A stretch of DNA of 64,000 nucleotides from a virus (IMGVR_UViG_3300050510_000109:1-64000), one strand, 5' to 3'; counted from the first letter of the stretch, positions 24,049-33,962 are shown. Notes: generated by a model not told the origin, from the sequence alone. Program-made: numbers and translations.

Positions 24049-24363
24049 CTAAGATTGTTTTTCTCCTGCCCACAACAAATGTCCCTCATTTATCATTACA
24101 ACTGGTTCGGGACCATTTCGTCTGGCTTGGATTATTTCAACTATTACATTGGCCAATTCGGTTTCGTTGCTGCACGAACAAATCGCTTCCATTTCCCTTG
24201 GCCAAATATCATGAATGACATATACAGTATCGTATAGTTCATCCATACTAACGGAAACGTCTATCTTTTTTCGATTACGAAATCGTCCAGAGCAGAACTT
24301 TATCTCACCTACTCCGGGTTTGTGTAGTACCTTATGTTTGTGGGTTATTTTGTGTAGCATCAT
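24049..24363 (-). CDS. Hypothetical protein
   Basis: GAGGAG SD. Confidence 0.55.
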   Translation of the reverse strand: MMLHKITHKHKVLHKPGVGEIKFCSGRFRNRKKIDVSVSMDELYDTVYVIHDIWPREMEAICSCSNETELANVIVEIIQARRNGPEPVVMINEGHLLWAGEKQS

Positions 24364-24415
24364 TCTCCTCAGTAAGTTTTAGTGAACGCACACCTGAGTG
24401 TGCGCTCAATGAAAC

Positions 24416-24727
24416 CTACCCACGCTCTAGGATCTTCTTTCGACACAAGATAGCGAAATCTACCGCCGCGTCGCGCACGTCCGCCAACTCGCTCAATGTC
24501 AACAAGTCTAGGTTGTCGGAAGCTTCCGTTTTTCGCGATCTTAACATAGCTTGGAACGCAAGTACGGCTTCGCTTGTAAGACTAATAAGCGAGAGAATTC
24601 TTACGTCGTTTGTGATGAGCTGGACCTCTTGGGTGAGATGATCCATCACCATCATTTGATTCAACTTGCCAGGTCCAGTTTTTTCCATCCCAAGTGTACT
24701 TTCCCTTGTGTGCCCTGACCAAATCAA
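24416..24727 (-). CDS. Hypothetical protein
   Basis: ORF on the coding strand; start uncertain. Confidence 0.4.
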   Translation of the reverse strand: MIWSGHTRESTLGMEKTGPGKLNQMMVMDHLTQEVQLITNDVRILSLISLTSEAVLAFQAMLRSRKTEASDNLDLLTLSELADVRDAAVDFAILCRKKILERG

Positions 24728-24869
24728 TCATGACGATTCCGTCCCAAGTCTGGGAAGCCGTTAGCTTGATTCCGTCTCTTGGTCCACCTATGGCTTTTCC
24801 AGTCACCATGGGTGCATGCGGTCTAGGACGATATGGTGTGAGATCTAGATCTGGGTCGGGCTTTTTCAT
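24582..24869 (-). CDS. Hypothetical protein
   Basis: ORF on the coding strand; overlaps the next ORF. Confidence 0.4.
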   Translation of the reverse strand: MKKPDPDLDLTPYRPRPHAPMVTGKAIGGPRDGIKLTASQTWDGIVMIDLVRAHKGKYTWDGKNWTWQVESNDGDGSSHPRGPAHHKRRKNSLAY

Positions 24870-25291
24870 TTACTAGACTCCGTTGGTTTTGGCTGCTTGC
24901 CTTGTTGTAGGCCACAGCAGGATGGAGACTGACTAGGTTCAGATTTTCCCTTTGTACAGTCTGCCGCCCCCAAAAGAATCGCCACTGCCATAAGTGCGGC
25001 AATGAACGTTGTTACTAGAATTCCTTTTCTCAATTTTATCCAATCGAATAGGTGCCAACCTCGTCATCACGATCCAGCAAGACACTAGCTATCGCCTCGC
25101 CGGTAATCATGAGTCCAACAAAGCTGGTCGGTGCCATGTAGTAATAACGTCCGGTCTCTTCGTCTACAACGCAGAAAGCCAAACCTTCTGACACCAACTC
25201 ATCCAACATTTCTTTTATTGATTGCATACTTTCCCCTAATGTTGAACTTATTGGACATACCTCATTTGAGGTACATCCAATGAACCCAACA

Positions 25292-25498
25292 TTAACTCGT
25301 CTTCCAGTCATCTGGAAGCGTCTTGTAGCGCTTGATCCAACGGTCCAGGGCTTCAAAGCACGCCTGCGCCGCGCCGTAGGCCGAAGCCATGGCGGTATTC
25401 TCGCCGCCAAAGGCGTGAGACTGTGCCTGCTCGAAGTACCTTCTAGTAAGTTCAAGCTGTTCGTTTACCGTATTTTGGATCTTGATTTCATCCAGCAT
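25292..25498 (-). CDS. Hypothetical protein
   Basis: AAGGGTG SD. Confidence 0.5.
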   Translation of the reverse strand: MLDEIKIQNTVNEQLELTRRYFEQAQSHAFGGENTAMASAYGAAQACFEALDRWIKRYKTLPDDWKTS

Positions 25499-25510
25499 GA
25501 TTACACCCTT

Positions 25511-25831
25511 TTAGTTGCTTGGTGCCTTGAACTTCTTGGCAGCTTCGTCTATCGCTCGTCCTACATCGCGGGCGATACGTTCCGCAGCGACAATTTGATC
25601 CACTGCCTCGCCCATTTCCTTGCACAGACTGTCACGAAACTGCATCAGTCCTTGTTCGTCGTTCATTCCTTCAACAAGAGCCGACACCATAGCCATAGCG
25701 CAGGCGTCACACTTGCCTTGGCCAACCTTGTACTTGTGTGCAGTGAAGAACTTGTAAGCGTTAAACCCATCGACCATAGACGCCAGAAGCTGCAACATCT
25801 TGGTCTCACGCTCGACTTGCACGGGGTCCAA
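25511..25831 (-). CDS. Hypothetical protein
   Basis: GGAGAG SD with TTG start; CDAC motif. Confidence 0.5.
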   Translation of the reverse strand: MDPVQVERETKMLQLLASMVDGFNAYKFFTAHKYKVGQGKCDACAMAMVSALVEGMNDEQGLMQFRDSLCKEMGEAVDQIVAAERIARDVGRAIDEAAKKFKAPSN

Positions 25832-25954
25832 TTTTCTCTCCCTGTCAAACGAAAAGGGGCCTGGTCAGCCCCTATTTGTTTTGCGTTTTATCTGGTCCTC
25901 AGCCCGACCAATCTATTACCATTCTAACAGATCAACTTGTAGCCTGCTAGACAT

Positions 25955-26293
25955 TTACTCGATCCTTCCGCTTTCACCTACAGTACATCCGTAAGCAACT
26001 TCCTCGGAAGGATCAAACAGTATTTCCCTATCGCAGTTGTCGCACCATATGCCCACGCTCGGCTTCATCACAGGTATCTGTTCATCATCCGAACACGGAC
26101 AGTAGTGGAAATTACAATCAGTTACGAACCCGTTCATATCCAGGTTCGCCCATTCATGGTCATGCATGTGAAGATTACACACCTCACACGCCCGACCTGT
26201 TGAATCTAACCCGCGTAACTCTTCTTTGTGGAATATCATTTGAGCCACCATTGTGTTGTGGATGTTACGTGGTGTGCACCACAGTATCGGCAA
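25955..26293 (-). CDS. Cys-rich hypothetical protein
   Basis: CEVC, CPC and CDNC motifs. Confidence 0.45.
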   Translation of the reverse strand: MPILWCTPRNIHNTMVAQMIFHKEELRGLDSTGRACEVCNLHMHDHEWANLDMNGFVTDCNFHYCPCSDDEQIPVMKPSVGIWCDNCDREILFDPSEEVAYGCTVGESGRIE

Positions 26294-26494
26294 TGGTAAA
26301 CGTTGGTAAGTTTTGCATTTTTCGCAAGGATCTTATCCGCGACTAGTCTAGTCAGCTTTGTCTTACCGGTCACCTTGCACGTGTTGCTTTTCTTTTTCGG
26401 CATGGATTATATCCCAACGGAACATTGCCATACAATTTAAATTTTAATGAACCTGCACCCTTTAGAGTACAGGTTCAATGAAACCGAAATTGCA

Positions 26495-27268
26495 TTAGCG
26501 CGAACGCCAAGGCGGAAGAGCCTTAGACCGCTTCATCTTGTTGTATGTCTCAACGGCAAGATCAGCGACTGCATTGGCCACATTCTTATTGTAAGCCGTG
26601 TGCACGCCACGCGCCATACCCAGGAACTTGTCTGGACCACCCTCAAAGAGGGCAAGCCGCTCGACAAGAGACTTGTCGTTGATTTCCTCGCCGTAACGGG
26701 TGTACACAAGTCCGATACCCTCAACGAGAGAACCATTGACGGCCGAACTGTTGTGACCCCACGCACGAGTGATGGTGGAAATGGTGCGCTCCACCGCATT
26801 CTGATCACGGTTCCAGATTTTCTCGATCGAGCTTACGGCCGCAAAGCAGCCCTCGCCCGTTCCCGCAACTACCTTCCAACCATGCTGGTTAAGCACAGCG
26901 TTGATGGCGACTGCGGAAGGCTCCTGCTCCTCAATCCTAACGAGGAACTTGGTCAGAGCCTGGAGCTTTGCCGTGTTGTTGTAGAGTCGGAACAGCCGCG
27001 CTTCGTCTTCCTTGGTAAGATCCATGAAGACTCGACAATCGACCTTTGCCTCATCGCCCTCGGCGATACGAACCGTTTCGGTCCTGTGCTGTCCGTCGAT
27101 GATATGGAAGTATCCATTTCCACGATCGGAAACGACAAACGTTCCCAGCGCATCCCGATCGAATTCCGCAGCCATCCTGTTGACTCGACGCCAATCAAGA
27201 CCTCGCTGCAACTTCGCATCAACAATCAGCTTAGAAATCGGAAGCTCTCTTTTAACTGACTTGTGCAT
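26495..27268 (-). CDS. ParB/Srx-fold protein (DUF6551-like)
   Basis: LIVDAKLQRGLD...LGTFVVSDRG...IIDGQHR. Confidence 0.7.
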   Translation of the reverse strand: MHKSVKRELPISKLIVDAKLQRGLDWRRVNRMAAEFDRDALGTFVVSDRGNGYFHIIDGQHRTETVRIAEGDEAKVDCRVFMDLTKEDEARLFRLYNNTAKLQALTKFLVRIEEQEPSAVAINAVLNQHGWKVVAGTGEGCFAAVSSIEKIWNRDQNAVERTISTITRAWGHNSSAVNGSLVEGIGLVYTRYGEEINDKSLVERLALFEGGPDKFLGMARGVHTAYNKNVANAVADLAVETYNKMKRSKALPPWRSR

Positions 27269-28145
27269 TCTTCTTGTCCTTTAGCCTTCTGATGATTTGT
27301 TCGATATTTCGGCGAGTGTCCGACAGGCTCTTGATCCATTGATCCAGTTCGTCGTCCGTTATTTCTGAATTGATTTTTTCAATTCTTTGGAGCAACATTA
27401 CCGTACCAGACATACTCGGCAACCCTCTTTCAAAGGCATACCTTTGCTCTCTGGCTTCGGCACTGGTTGACTTCCTTTTGCTCAACGTTGGTTGAGGCTT
27501 GGTAATTTCCAAAATCTTGTTGTAACTCGTACTTACTATTCCACTAGCGTTCATCTCTGCTAGTGCCTGCTTAGCTACGGCTTGCTGCTTGGGATTAAGA
27601 CTTTCATCGTTGGCAGCTTTAACCACAGCTTTTGCTCTTGCGTAGGTTGTCCGAGATAGCCCAATGGCATCCCCAACAATCTCGTTTGTCCTAGTTGAAT
27701 TTCTGTTTTTAGGCGATTCGTCTGACTCAGTTGACATCGGTCTCACCTGAGACCGATGTTTGTCCAAGTCTGTGCGTGCGCCTTGTCGTCCTTTGGCTTT
27801 CGGTCTTTCTAGCTCTTCCAATGCCAAACCAAGATTGACCAACTCTTCAGGGGTCATCTCTTTGCGTTCGGTATTTTCGTCGCGTTCCGCAGTCAACTTT
27901 GTTGCTGCGGATTCCAGGTCATCTGTTACATAACATGCGATTATCCGCCATCCAAGGTGTTTGCATGCTTCCAAACGACGCTCACCAGCAATGAGTAAAC
28001 CTTCACTGGTCAAGGTAATAGGATTGAGCAAACCAACTTTCGCAATGGATGCAGCCAGACTGGGAATATCTCCCAAATCCTGCCGATGTCTTGGTCCGAC
28101 CTTAATTGAGTCTATCGTCCGTTTGATTAGTCTGCGATCTCTCAT
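27252..28145 (-). CDS. ParB N-terminal domain protein with HTH
   Basis: IKVGPRHRQDLGDI...GLLNPITL...LIAGERRLEA; central IVGDAIGLSRTTYARAK HTH. Confidence 0.8.
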   Translation of the reverse strand: MRDRRLIKRTIDSIKVGPRHRQDLGDIPSLAASIAKVGLLNPITLTSEGLLIAGERRLEACKHLGWRIIACYVTDDLESAATKLTAERDENTERKEMTPEELVNLGLALEELERPKAKGRQGARTDLDKHRSQVRPMSTESDESPKNRNSTRTNEIVGDAIGLSRTTYARAKAVVKAANDESLNPKQQAVAKQALAEMNASGIVSTSYNKILEITKPQPTLSKRKSTSAEAREQRYAFERGLPSMSGTVMLLQRIEKINSEITDDELDQWIKSLSDTRRNIEQIIRRLKDKKNAQVS

Positions 28146-28366
28146 CGATCAGACTTTCTCGGCCCTTCCACACTGTCAATGTGGTTCTGAAGAATCTGTG
28201 CCACCAACTTACTCATGTCGGTGTTCGATTCAGCAGCTTTTACCTTTAGCCAGTGGCGTGTGTTCGCGGGCAAGTTCAGCCCCACACGCACCATGGCTTG
28301 CTGTTCATTGGTGCTCATACCACTAGCGTAGCACACGCACACGCACTCGACAAGTGTGTAGCACAC
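28142..28366 (-). CDS. Ribbon-helix-helix protein
   Basis: VRVGLNLPANTRHWLKVKAAESNTDMSKLVAQIL; probable start at MSTNEQ. Confidence 0.6.
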   Translation of the reverse strand: MCYTLVECVCVCYASGMSTNEQQAMVRVGLNLPANTRHWLKVKAAESNTDMSKLVAQILQNHIDSVEGPRKSDR

Positions 28367-28374
28367 ACGCGTTT

Positions 28375-28404
28375 TGTCCGAATTGCGTGGAATTTTTCCG
28401 ATTT
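28375..28404. promoter_or_regulatory. Three 10-bp direct repeats upstream of the RHH-ParB operon
   Basis: TGTCCGAATT-GCGTGGAATT-TTTCCGATTT; same motif as the 37-41 kb zone. Confidence 0.45.
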
Positions 28405-28416
28405 TGCGATCTTAAT

Positions 28417-28447
28417 AAAAAGGACCACCAAAAAGGTGGTCTTTTTT
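28417..28447. terminator. Bidirectional intrinsic terminator
   Basis: AAAAGGACCACC-AAAAA-GGTGGTCTTTTTT. Confidence 0.7.
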
Positions 28448-28448
28448 G

Positions 28449-28564
28449 TGGGTTAAAAGGGAATCGAACCCAAACTACATATCTGATTGGTTGCCAGACC
28501 TCACAGATACGGTGAGAAATATGAATCGCTGGCACAATTCATACCCACGGTACCATACTAACCC
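28449..28564 (-). ncRNA. Enlarged tRNA-like RNA G (116 nt)
   Basis: GGGTTAG/TTAACCC acceptor, GGG-TTCGATT-CCC T loop, three internal hairpins. Confidence 0.4.
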
Positions 28565-28745
28565 ATGATGCTGGAATCACCCACTATCCAGCGTTCTGCC
28601 ACCATCACCACGCAACAACCAACAGGGTTGATAGTGCCTAAGCTTCAACGTCTCCCACTTGCTCAACGTATGTGGTCTCTCAGTGTTGACTCCACTTAGG
28701 CGCTCAAGCTGATTGCTATTGGCAGTCCCTTTATTCATATATTTT

Positions 28746-28824
28746 AGCGAGTGGCGATTCTTATCGAATCTTTAAACCGTTGACTAGACGGCCCTATCCG
28801 GGAGTCAGCCGGACCACCCTCGCT
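28746..28824 (-). ncRNA. Cloverleaf-like structured element
   Basis: AGCGA..GTGG/CCACTCGCT stem enclosing TCCGG/CCGGA, GGCCGT/ACGGTT and GATTC/GAATC hairpins. Confidence 0.3.
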
Positions 28825-28958
28825 TACGAGCTTTGCTAGAAGCTCAATTGCCCGCTGCCTCCACCGGGTTTTGGTGGACGTTAACGCCACCTTAGACAGA
28901 TTCCACTAGCAAAGCTCTAGACGAAAGGGGCGGTTTCCCGCCCCTGTCATCTGGAACC

Positions 28959-29630
28959 TTACTCGTCGCCGTTCTTCTCGTTCTTCTCGGCGTCGGCAAT
29001 TTCCTTCTTGCCGTCTTCAGTCTCAAGGTACTGGTTGTATGCCTCATCGGCATCGGCCCAAGTAGCTCCGACCTCATTGAGCAGTTCCGTGATTCGTGCA
29101 TAGCGCTTCTTCATCTTCTCAAGTTGCGCCTTGAACTTACCAGCTCGCAGAATGCGGGTTTCACGCCGCTCAGGAGTCATCGAAGCCCCACCACCAGTGC
29201 CACGCTCCGGCCGGGTGTCCCAAGCCTCCAGACCCTCGCTCAGGGGGATAACGACCCCAAGCTTGGTGCCATCGGCAGTGACTGCCTCAAGCGATGGGAG
29301 CGCCCAGCGCTTGCCGCGCGTGGCGGCGTAGACGGCCTGAGTGTCAACCATGTCGTTCTGGCCAGGCGTGCGCCCTTCCTTCATGGCCTGCTCAAGGTTT
29401 CGCTGAGTCAATGCCCAAGCGAAACCACGAACATCGACAAATCCCGTAGGAAGCTTGTCGATCGACTCAACCTCAAGAGTCTTGCGTGGCTCAGTGTTGG
29501 TGTCCGAATTCTCATCAGTCTCAGTGGCAACCACAGTCGCCTGCTTGTCCGATTCGTCTGGAGTTGGCTGCTCGACCTGCTCAGACGGCTTAACCTCAGT
29601 GTCCATCAGGTCGTCAAACATCCCACCCAT
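28959..29630 (-). CDS. Hypothetical protein
   Basis: AGAGGAG SD; followed by a GC hairpin near 28925-28943. Confidence 0.65.
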   Translation of the reverse strand: MGGMFDDLMDTEVKPSEQVEQPTPDESDKQATVVATETDENSDTNTEPRKTLEVESIDKLPTGFVDVRGFAWALTQRNLEQAMKEGRTPGQNDMVDTQAVYAATRGKRWALPSLEAVTADGTKLGVVIPLSEGLEAWDTRPERGTGGGASMTPERRETRILRAGKFKAQLEKMKKRYARITELLNEVGATWADADEAYNQYLETEDGKKEIADAEKNEKNGDE

Positions 29631-30102
29631 GATAACTGTTCTCCTCTTATTGTTTGGGGATTGCTTGCTTGTGACTTAAGCGTATCTCGGTTTCTCCGGA
29701 TCGTCAAGTCGAAACAGCCCATAATCTCAAGATTTTTTCTTGCTCTTATGGGCCGTGTCCACTGGGCGCTTCTGGTCTTCTCCGCGCATGTGCAGATACT
29801 CTCCGTACAACCATATAGGCAAGGTGAAGATGATAGCTAAACCGCAGCTAAGAACGGTAGCGCCCAGCATGCACCAACGGAGCGTGTTGATATTCTTCAT
29901 ATCCTCGATTATCTCTGTAGCCTCCTGACATAACTAGGACTGTGCCCATTATGATCAGGATGGCGGCGAATATCCAGATTAGTACGATTATTATCACTTT
30001 TATGAGCTTGTCGTAGAAGTCCACTATCTTTTTGATCCTCGTTTTTGCCTCAAGACCAACCATAGCTCGGTAAGGTGGCTGGTCTCCATGAGGACTAGTC
30101 GC

Positions 30103-30537
30103 TCACGTAGTATTTGCGCCATCATGGCGCGCAACCGTGCTTCCGTTTCCTTGTCCATTTATCTTCACCATGTACGTCCACAGATGATTGTCAGATTGAA
30201 CAGAAGCCATGATGTCTTCTGGGTCGGTAACGGTATTCATCACGCCCCAATGAGACTGCCATAGCTTGATGAAGTAATCTAGATCTTTCGTTGTCATGAG
30301 TTCTTTCCACCACCAAGCCCTATAGAGCTTTTGTTGGCGTTCCAAGCGCTTGGCATTGCGGTGGTATTTCGTGGCTACAGCCGCGTCACCCTCATGTTTG
30401 TGTCCGTTTATGTGCTTGTGACGTTTGCCTGAACCGGTATTGCAGGTCAGGCAATGCCAAAACCAGTGTCCGTCTTTCTCGTAGTAGTGAGTGACGCATT
30501 CCTCAACAGGAAAATCACTCATCTTTTTCAGCACCAT
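30103..30537 (-). CDS. Hypothetical protein
   Basis: ORF on the coding strand; WHCLTC motif. Confidence 0.5.
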   Translation of the reverse strand: MVLKKMSDFPVEECVTHYYEKDGHWFWHCLTCNTGSGKRHKHINGHKHEGDAAVATKYHRNAKRLERQQKLYRAWWWKELMTTKDLDYFIKLWQSHWGVMNTVTDPEDIMASVQSDNHLWTYMVKINGQGNGSTVARHDGANTT

Positions 30538-30797
30538 CTAAGTCCGCTCCAAACACATTTGACCAATCGGCCAAACTTACAGCTTGGACAAGTAGAGCCG
30601 TCCCTTGCGGTAAAGCCGTGTTGGCCACAATGACCACAGTGGTAACGGACAGGATAACGCTTAGTGCTCATCTTAGCGTCTCCTAACTATTATCTTGTAG
30701 AACGCCTCCTAGATGCGAATCGAACGCACCGCGACGCTACTGCGATCCAATATCTACAGTCGTGCGCCTCGCCAAACCAGCAGGAGTCCCTTCTGAG

Positions 30798-31025
30798 TCA
30801 CCCCTCAGGAGTTATTGCCTCGATATTTTCCGAGTATTGCAAATTTTCATCTCTCACATACGGTAGTTCTTCCATGAAGCTACCGATCTTTTCTGACCTT
30901 TCCATATCACGCTCAAAGGCAATGGCTTGCTCTTTGGTCATGTCTGGATAAGCCTTGCTGCTCAGTGTGCGAGTTATACTAATTGTCTGATTTATCTTAA
31001 TTTGCCAGTCGCGGTTCTCGCTCAT
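30798..31025 (-). CDS. Hypothetical protein
   Basis: TAGGA SD. Confidence 0.5.
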   Translation of the reverse strand: MSENRDWQIKINQTISITRTLSSKAYPDMTKEQAIAFERDMERSEKIGSFMEELPYVRDENLQYSENIEAITPEG

Positions 31026-31034
31026 GTTCCTATC

Positions 31035-31343
31035 CTACACGTAGAATCCAGGATTGTCCACGGCAGTTTTCACCAATGATTGGTGCTGTGCCGTGGTGGT
31101 GGAAAACTTCGTAGTGGGAATAATCCATGTGTCTTTGCTGAGTGCCCACGCAATCGGCGTAGCGTAACTACGGATCACATAAACAGCTTTATCAATGGCG
31201 TGAGCTTCTTTTTTGGGCATACGTCCAAGGTCTACTTTTTCTCCTCGGACGCGCGGCTTACCCGTCAAGCTGCCAACGTTGAATTCAGTCAGGCTGTCAA
31301 TGCCTTTTTGAACCAGCTTCAGTGACTGCTGTCCAAGTGCCAT
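31035..31343 (-). CDS. Conserved phage hypothetical protein
   Basis: YVIRSYATPIAW...FSTTTAQHQ; AAAGGG SD. Confidence 0.6.
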   Translation of the reverse strand: MALGQQSLKLVQKGIDSLTEFNVGSLTGKPRVRGEKVDLGRMPKKEAHAIDKAVYVIRSYATPIAWALSKDTWIIPTTKFSTTTAQHQSLVKTAVDNPGFYV

Positions 31344-31507
31344 GTTAACCCTTTCTTGTGACCAACCAAATCATAATTAAAAAGGTAGCGCATGGGGCAA
31401 TCATTAGTGTCGCCCACACAAACGCCTCTGGCCAATTCATTTTGTTGCTCCTTAATGGTACATGACGACCGACAAGCCTGCAACGGTTTGTCAGCCATCA
31501 TGAAACA

Positions 31508-31801
31508 TTAAACCTCTTCTGGCACCGATCTCAGTTGCCCGATCTTTTCCACCCATAGAGCGGTCAGCTCACGGGCTGTGTGCGAACTGCCAGGACCGGC
31601 CGCAACGTCAAAGCCATACCACATTCCGTTACCGATGTCCAAATCATCTAGACCATAGCCATAGAAGCCGTAAAGCTGCCCCAATAGGCAATCGTGCGGA
31701 TCACCCATATTTAGCGTGTCAAGGTTGATTTCATCGATCCAGTCTGGGTTTGCTTTGTTGAGCTTACGCACGCCGCGCCAGATGAAGAACTTACGTAGCA
31801 T
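31508..31801 (-). CDS. Paralog family member 3 (CxLGQL-G motif)
   Basis: NPDWIDEINLDTL...CLLGQLYG...YGF. Confidence 0.65.
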   Translation of the reverse strand: MLRKFFIWRGVRKLNKANPDWIDEINLDTLNMGDPHDCLLGQLYGFYGYGLDDLDIGNGMWYGFDVAAGPGSSHTARELTALWVEKIGQLRSVPEEV

Positions 31802-32072
31802 TTCGCCTCTTCTCGATTTCGTTTTTCCATGCTTGCTCTAACTCCCCATCGCTCACGGCGATTTGAGAATTGAACCCATAAAAGCACCCTCCACCGAACG
31901 GAATCCGCAATTGGCATAGGCCATTGAAGAAGTCTCCGTACAGTTGCCCGAGAATGCACACGAGGCCATCGGTTATGTCGAGGGTTTCGAGATCTATCTC
32001 ATTTTCCCAGCCTGGCCGGTCGGCATCCAGCAGAGAAATTCCTCTTGTCACACTTTCAACGGTTTTGTCCAT
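31791..32072 (-). CDS. Paralog family member 2 (CxLGQL-G motif)
   Basis: RPGWENEIDLETL...CILGQLYG...YGF. Confidence 0.65.
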   Translation of the reverse strand: MDKTVESVTRGISLLDADRPGWENEIDLETLDITDGLVCILGQLYGDFFNGLCQLRIPFGGGCFYGFNSQIAVSDGELEQAWKNEIEKRRNAT

Positions 32073-32143
32073 TTTATCCGTTCCTCACTTTGCCTGGTGT
32101 TCCCCAATGCTGAGGCCTTTTGTTCCCTCAGCAAAGGGCAAAA

Positions 32144-32431
32144 TCAGGATCGCCGTGCGGTTATTTCCTTGATCCATTCATCACGCAAGTCGGGGTGACT
32201 CGACGCTGAAATTAGATCAGGACAGAAACCCAGATTCACAGCTTGCCCGTGCTGGTTGATAACGTTCATGCCGCGCACAAAGTCTCCAAAGAGTTGGCCA
32301 AGTACGCAGTCAGTTCCGCTGATCAGATCGAGTCTTTCCAGGTCGATCTTAGATTCCCAGCCGGGGTAATAAATGTCCAGGATCTTGCTTCCTCGATCAA
32401 CAGCCTGAGCTGCAAACTGTTGTGATTCCAT
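32144..32431 (-). CDS. Paralog family member 1 (CxLGQL-G motif)
   Basis: YPGWESKIDLERL...CVLGQLFG...LGF. Confidence 0.65.
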   Translation of the reverse strand: MESQQFAAQAVDRGSKILDIYYPGWESKIDLERLDLISGTDCVLGQLFGDFVRGMNVINQHGQAVNLGFCPDLISASSHPDLRDEWIKEITARRS

Positions 32432-32449
32432 TATGCCGACTTTCTTGTT

Positions 32450-32668
32450 TCACTTGGCTGCCATGTAGTATGACACGTCGCCGCGCGCACACATGTAGCA
32501 GGTTATCTTAGGGTTGTTGGCTCGATCCTTCATACAGATACGCTCTTGCGGTTCATAGTGAACAAGGCTCCCTTGATCTTTCAGTTCGAAAGCCTTTACT
32601 CTATCGTAAACGTACCCGATGCTTTCGGTATTCCTCACGAGCCATGCTGGGATCACATGAATTCTCAT
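32450..32668 (-). CDS. Hypothetical protein
   Basis: 4-bp overlap with the upstream gene. Confidence 0.45.
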   Translation of the reverse strand: MRIHVIPAWLVRNTESIGYVYDRVKAFELKDQGSLVHYEPQERICMKDRANNPKITCYMCARGDVSYYMAAK

Positions 32669-32928
32669 GATCCACGTGTCCAGTAGTCATCTGGCAACCA
32701 CTGGAGTTGTACGTTTCGATCCGTTTTCACCAACTCTAGGAACTTCGCTAAGGCATCGACAGTTTCATTGCCGGTTACCTCTTCAAACTTCCACATATCC
32801 AGCGGGCTAGGCCCGTGCGTGCCGATGTACCACTTACCAGGGGATTTCATTTCTTTCATGACTCGACCAACTCTCTTGCGGTTGGTGCCGTTTTGTACAG
32901 GGTAACCCACTTGTATGGGTAACTCCAC
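32665..32928 (-). CDS. Hypothetical protein
   Basis: ORF in operon. Confidence 0.45.
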   Translation of the reverse strand: MELPIQVGYPVQNGTNRKRVGRVMKEMKSPGKWYIGTHGPSPLDMWKFEEVTGNETVDALAKFLELVKTDRNVQLQWLPDDYWTRGS

Positions 32929-33158
32929 AACATCACGTAATTGCCCTGTTCATACAGTCCAGTGAAGCCGGACTCAGGTAGGGGCATTACCTGTGCAGGT
33001 TGGCTCTGCTCTTTTGCGATCTCAATAAGCCGCTTGAGCGCAGCTTTGCGGGTCTTCTCATTGCCGTTAGCGTTGCCTACGGGATAGAGGATATCAAAGA
33101 TTTCTTGAGCTAGCTCACTCCCTACGGCGGTTAGTCGTTTCATGTACATCATTACCAT
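32856..33158 (-). CDS. Hypothetical protein
   Basis: AGAGG SD. Confidence 0.45.
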   Translation of the reverse strand: MVMMYMKRLTAVGSELAQEIFDILYPVGNANGNEKTRKAALKRLIEIAKEQSQPAQVMPLPESGFTGLYEQGNYVMLWSYPYKWVTLYKTAPTARELVES

Positions 33159-33180
33159 TCCTCTAACTAGTTACCAAGAC

Positions 33181-33214
33181 GGTACATATCTACTGAACTC
33201 AGTAGATATGTACC
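33181..33214. other. Perfect 16-bp palindrome/hairpin
   Basis: GGTACATATCTACTGA-AC-TCAGTAGATATGTACC. Confidence 0.55.
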
Positions 33215-33224
33215 ATTTTGATGA

Positions 33225-33443
33225 CTAGTAGTTGGGATGATCCTCGTCTTCGTCATCTTCTTTGCCATTTTCGGACACATGCCACTCAATGTCATCAAAG
33301 ATGCACTCTTGGGCAAAGTCGTCGATAGTGTCCTGTCGTTGCTTTTCGGACATTTCTGCCCATTCCTGGTCGTCTACGTCCAACTCCCAGGTACCACGGT
33401 AGGAGATGTTAGATGACGCTGAGTAGTTGATTAAGATCTTCAT
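33225..33443 (-). CDS. Acidic hypothetical protein
   Basis: GAGAGG SD; D/E-rich. Confidence 0.55.
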   Translation of the reverse strand: MKILINYSASSNISYRGTWELDVDDQEWAEMSEKQRQDTIDDFAQECIFDDIEWHVSENGKEDDEDEDHPNY

Positions 33444-33542
33444 TGCAACCTCTCATCTCACTTTTTCCTAAACGTGCAAGAATGGCCATAAACCTGATTG
33501 TATGTCCGTTTATGTATACGGTTTATGGCCAAACTAACGCAT

Positions 33543-33962
33543 TTAGTTACAGTCTGCCGCGATCTCTTGCAAGGCTTCCGCTACATACTCGTCTGCCTGC
33601 TCATCGGGCAAGCCGCTGAGCCATTGGTAAAGCAGAGAAAGCCCATCGAACAGGGTAGCTTCGCGCTTACCTACCTTGAGTTGACAAAGTAGATGAAACG
33701 CATCCATTGCCGTCTTTGGTGGACTTTCCTCGATGACGATACCGGGAACCAGGATCTTTAGCGGTTCCGGCACGCCTGCGAGCTTTTCCGCGTCCTGCGC
33801 GGTAAGTACAATTACCCTGGCGTTTCGTGGGTAAAGGACGTTTCCGCTTCTGGACTCACGGACCTTAGGCCGGGCCTCATCATATCCGGGAGCTTCGAGA
33901 ACTTCGCCGGTAAGCGTGATTCCCATGCCGTTTGTCCATTCAACCATGTCGCCGGTCTTCAT
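33543..33962 (-). CDS. Hypothetical protein
   Basis: AAGGA SD. Confidence 0.55.
   Translation of the reverse strand: MKTGDMVEWTNGMGITLTGEVLEAPGYDEARPKVRESRSGNVLYPRNARVIVLTAQDAEKLAGVPEPLKILVPGIVIEESPPKTAMDAFHLLCQLKVGKREATLFDGLSLLYQWLSGLPDEQADEYVAEALQEIAADCN

Noticed and set aside
25280-29840. Long plus-strand ORFs in the early region (25280-25927, 26447-27259, 29124-29840)
   Set aside because: Antisense to better-supported minus-strand genes.
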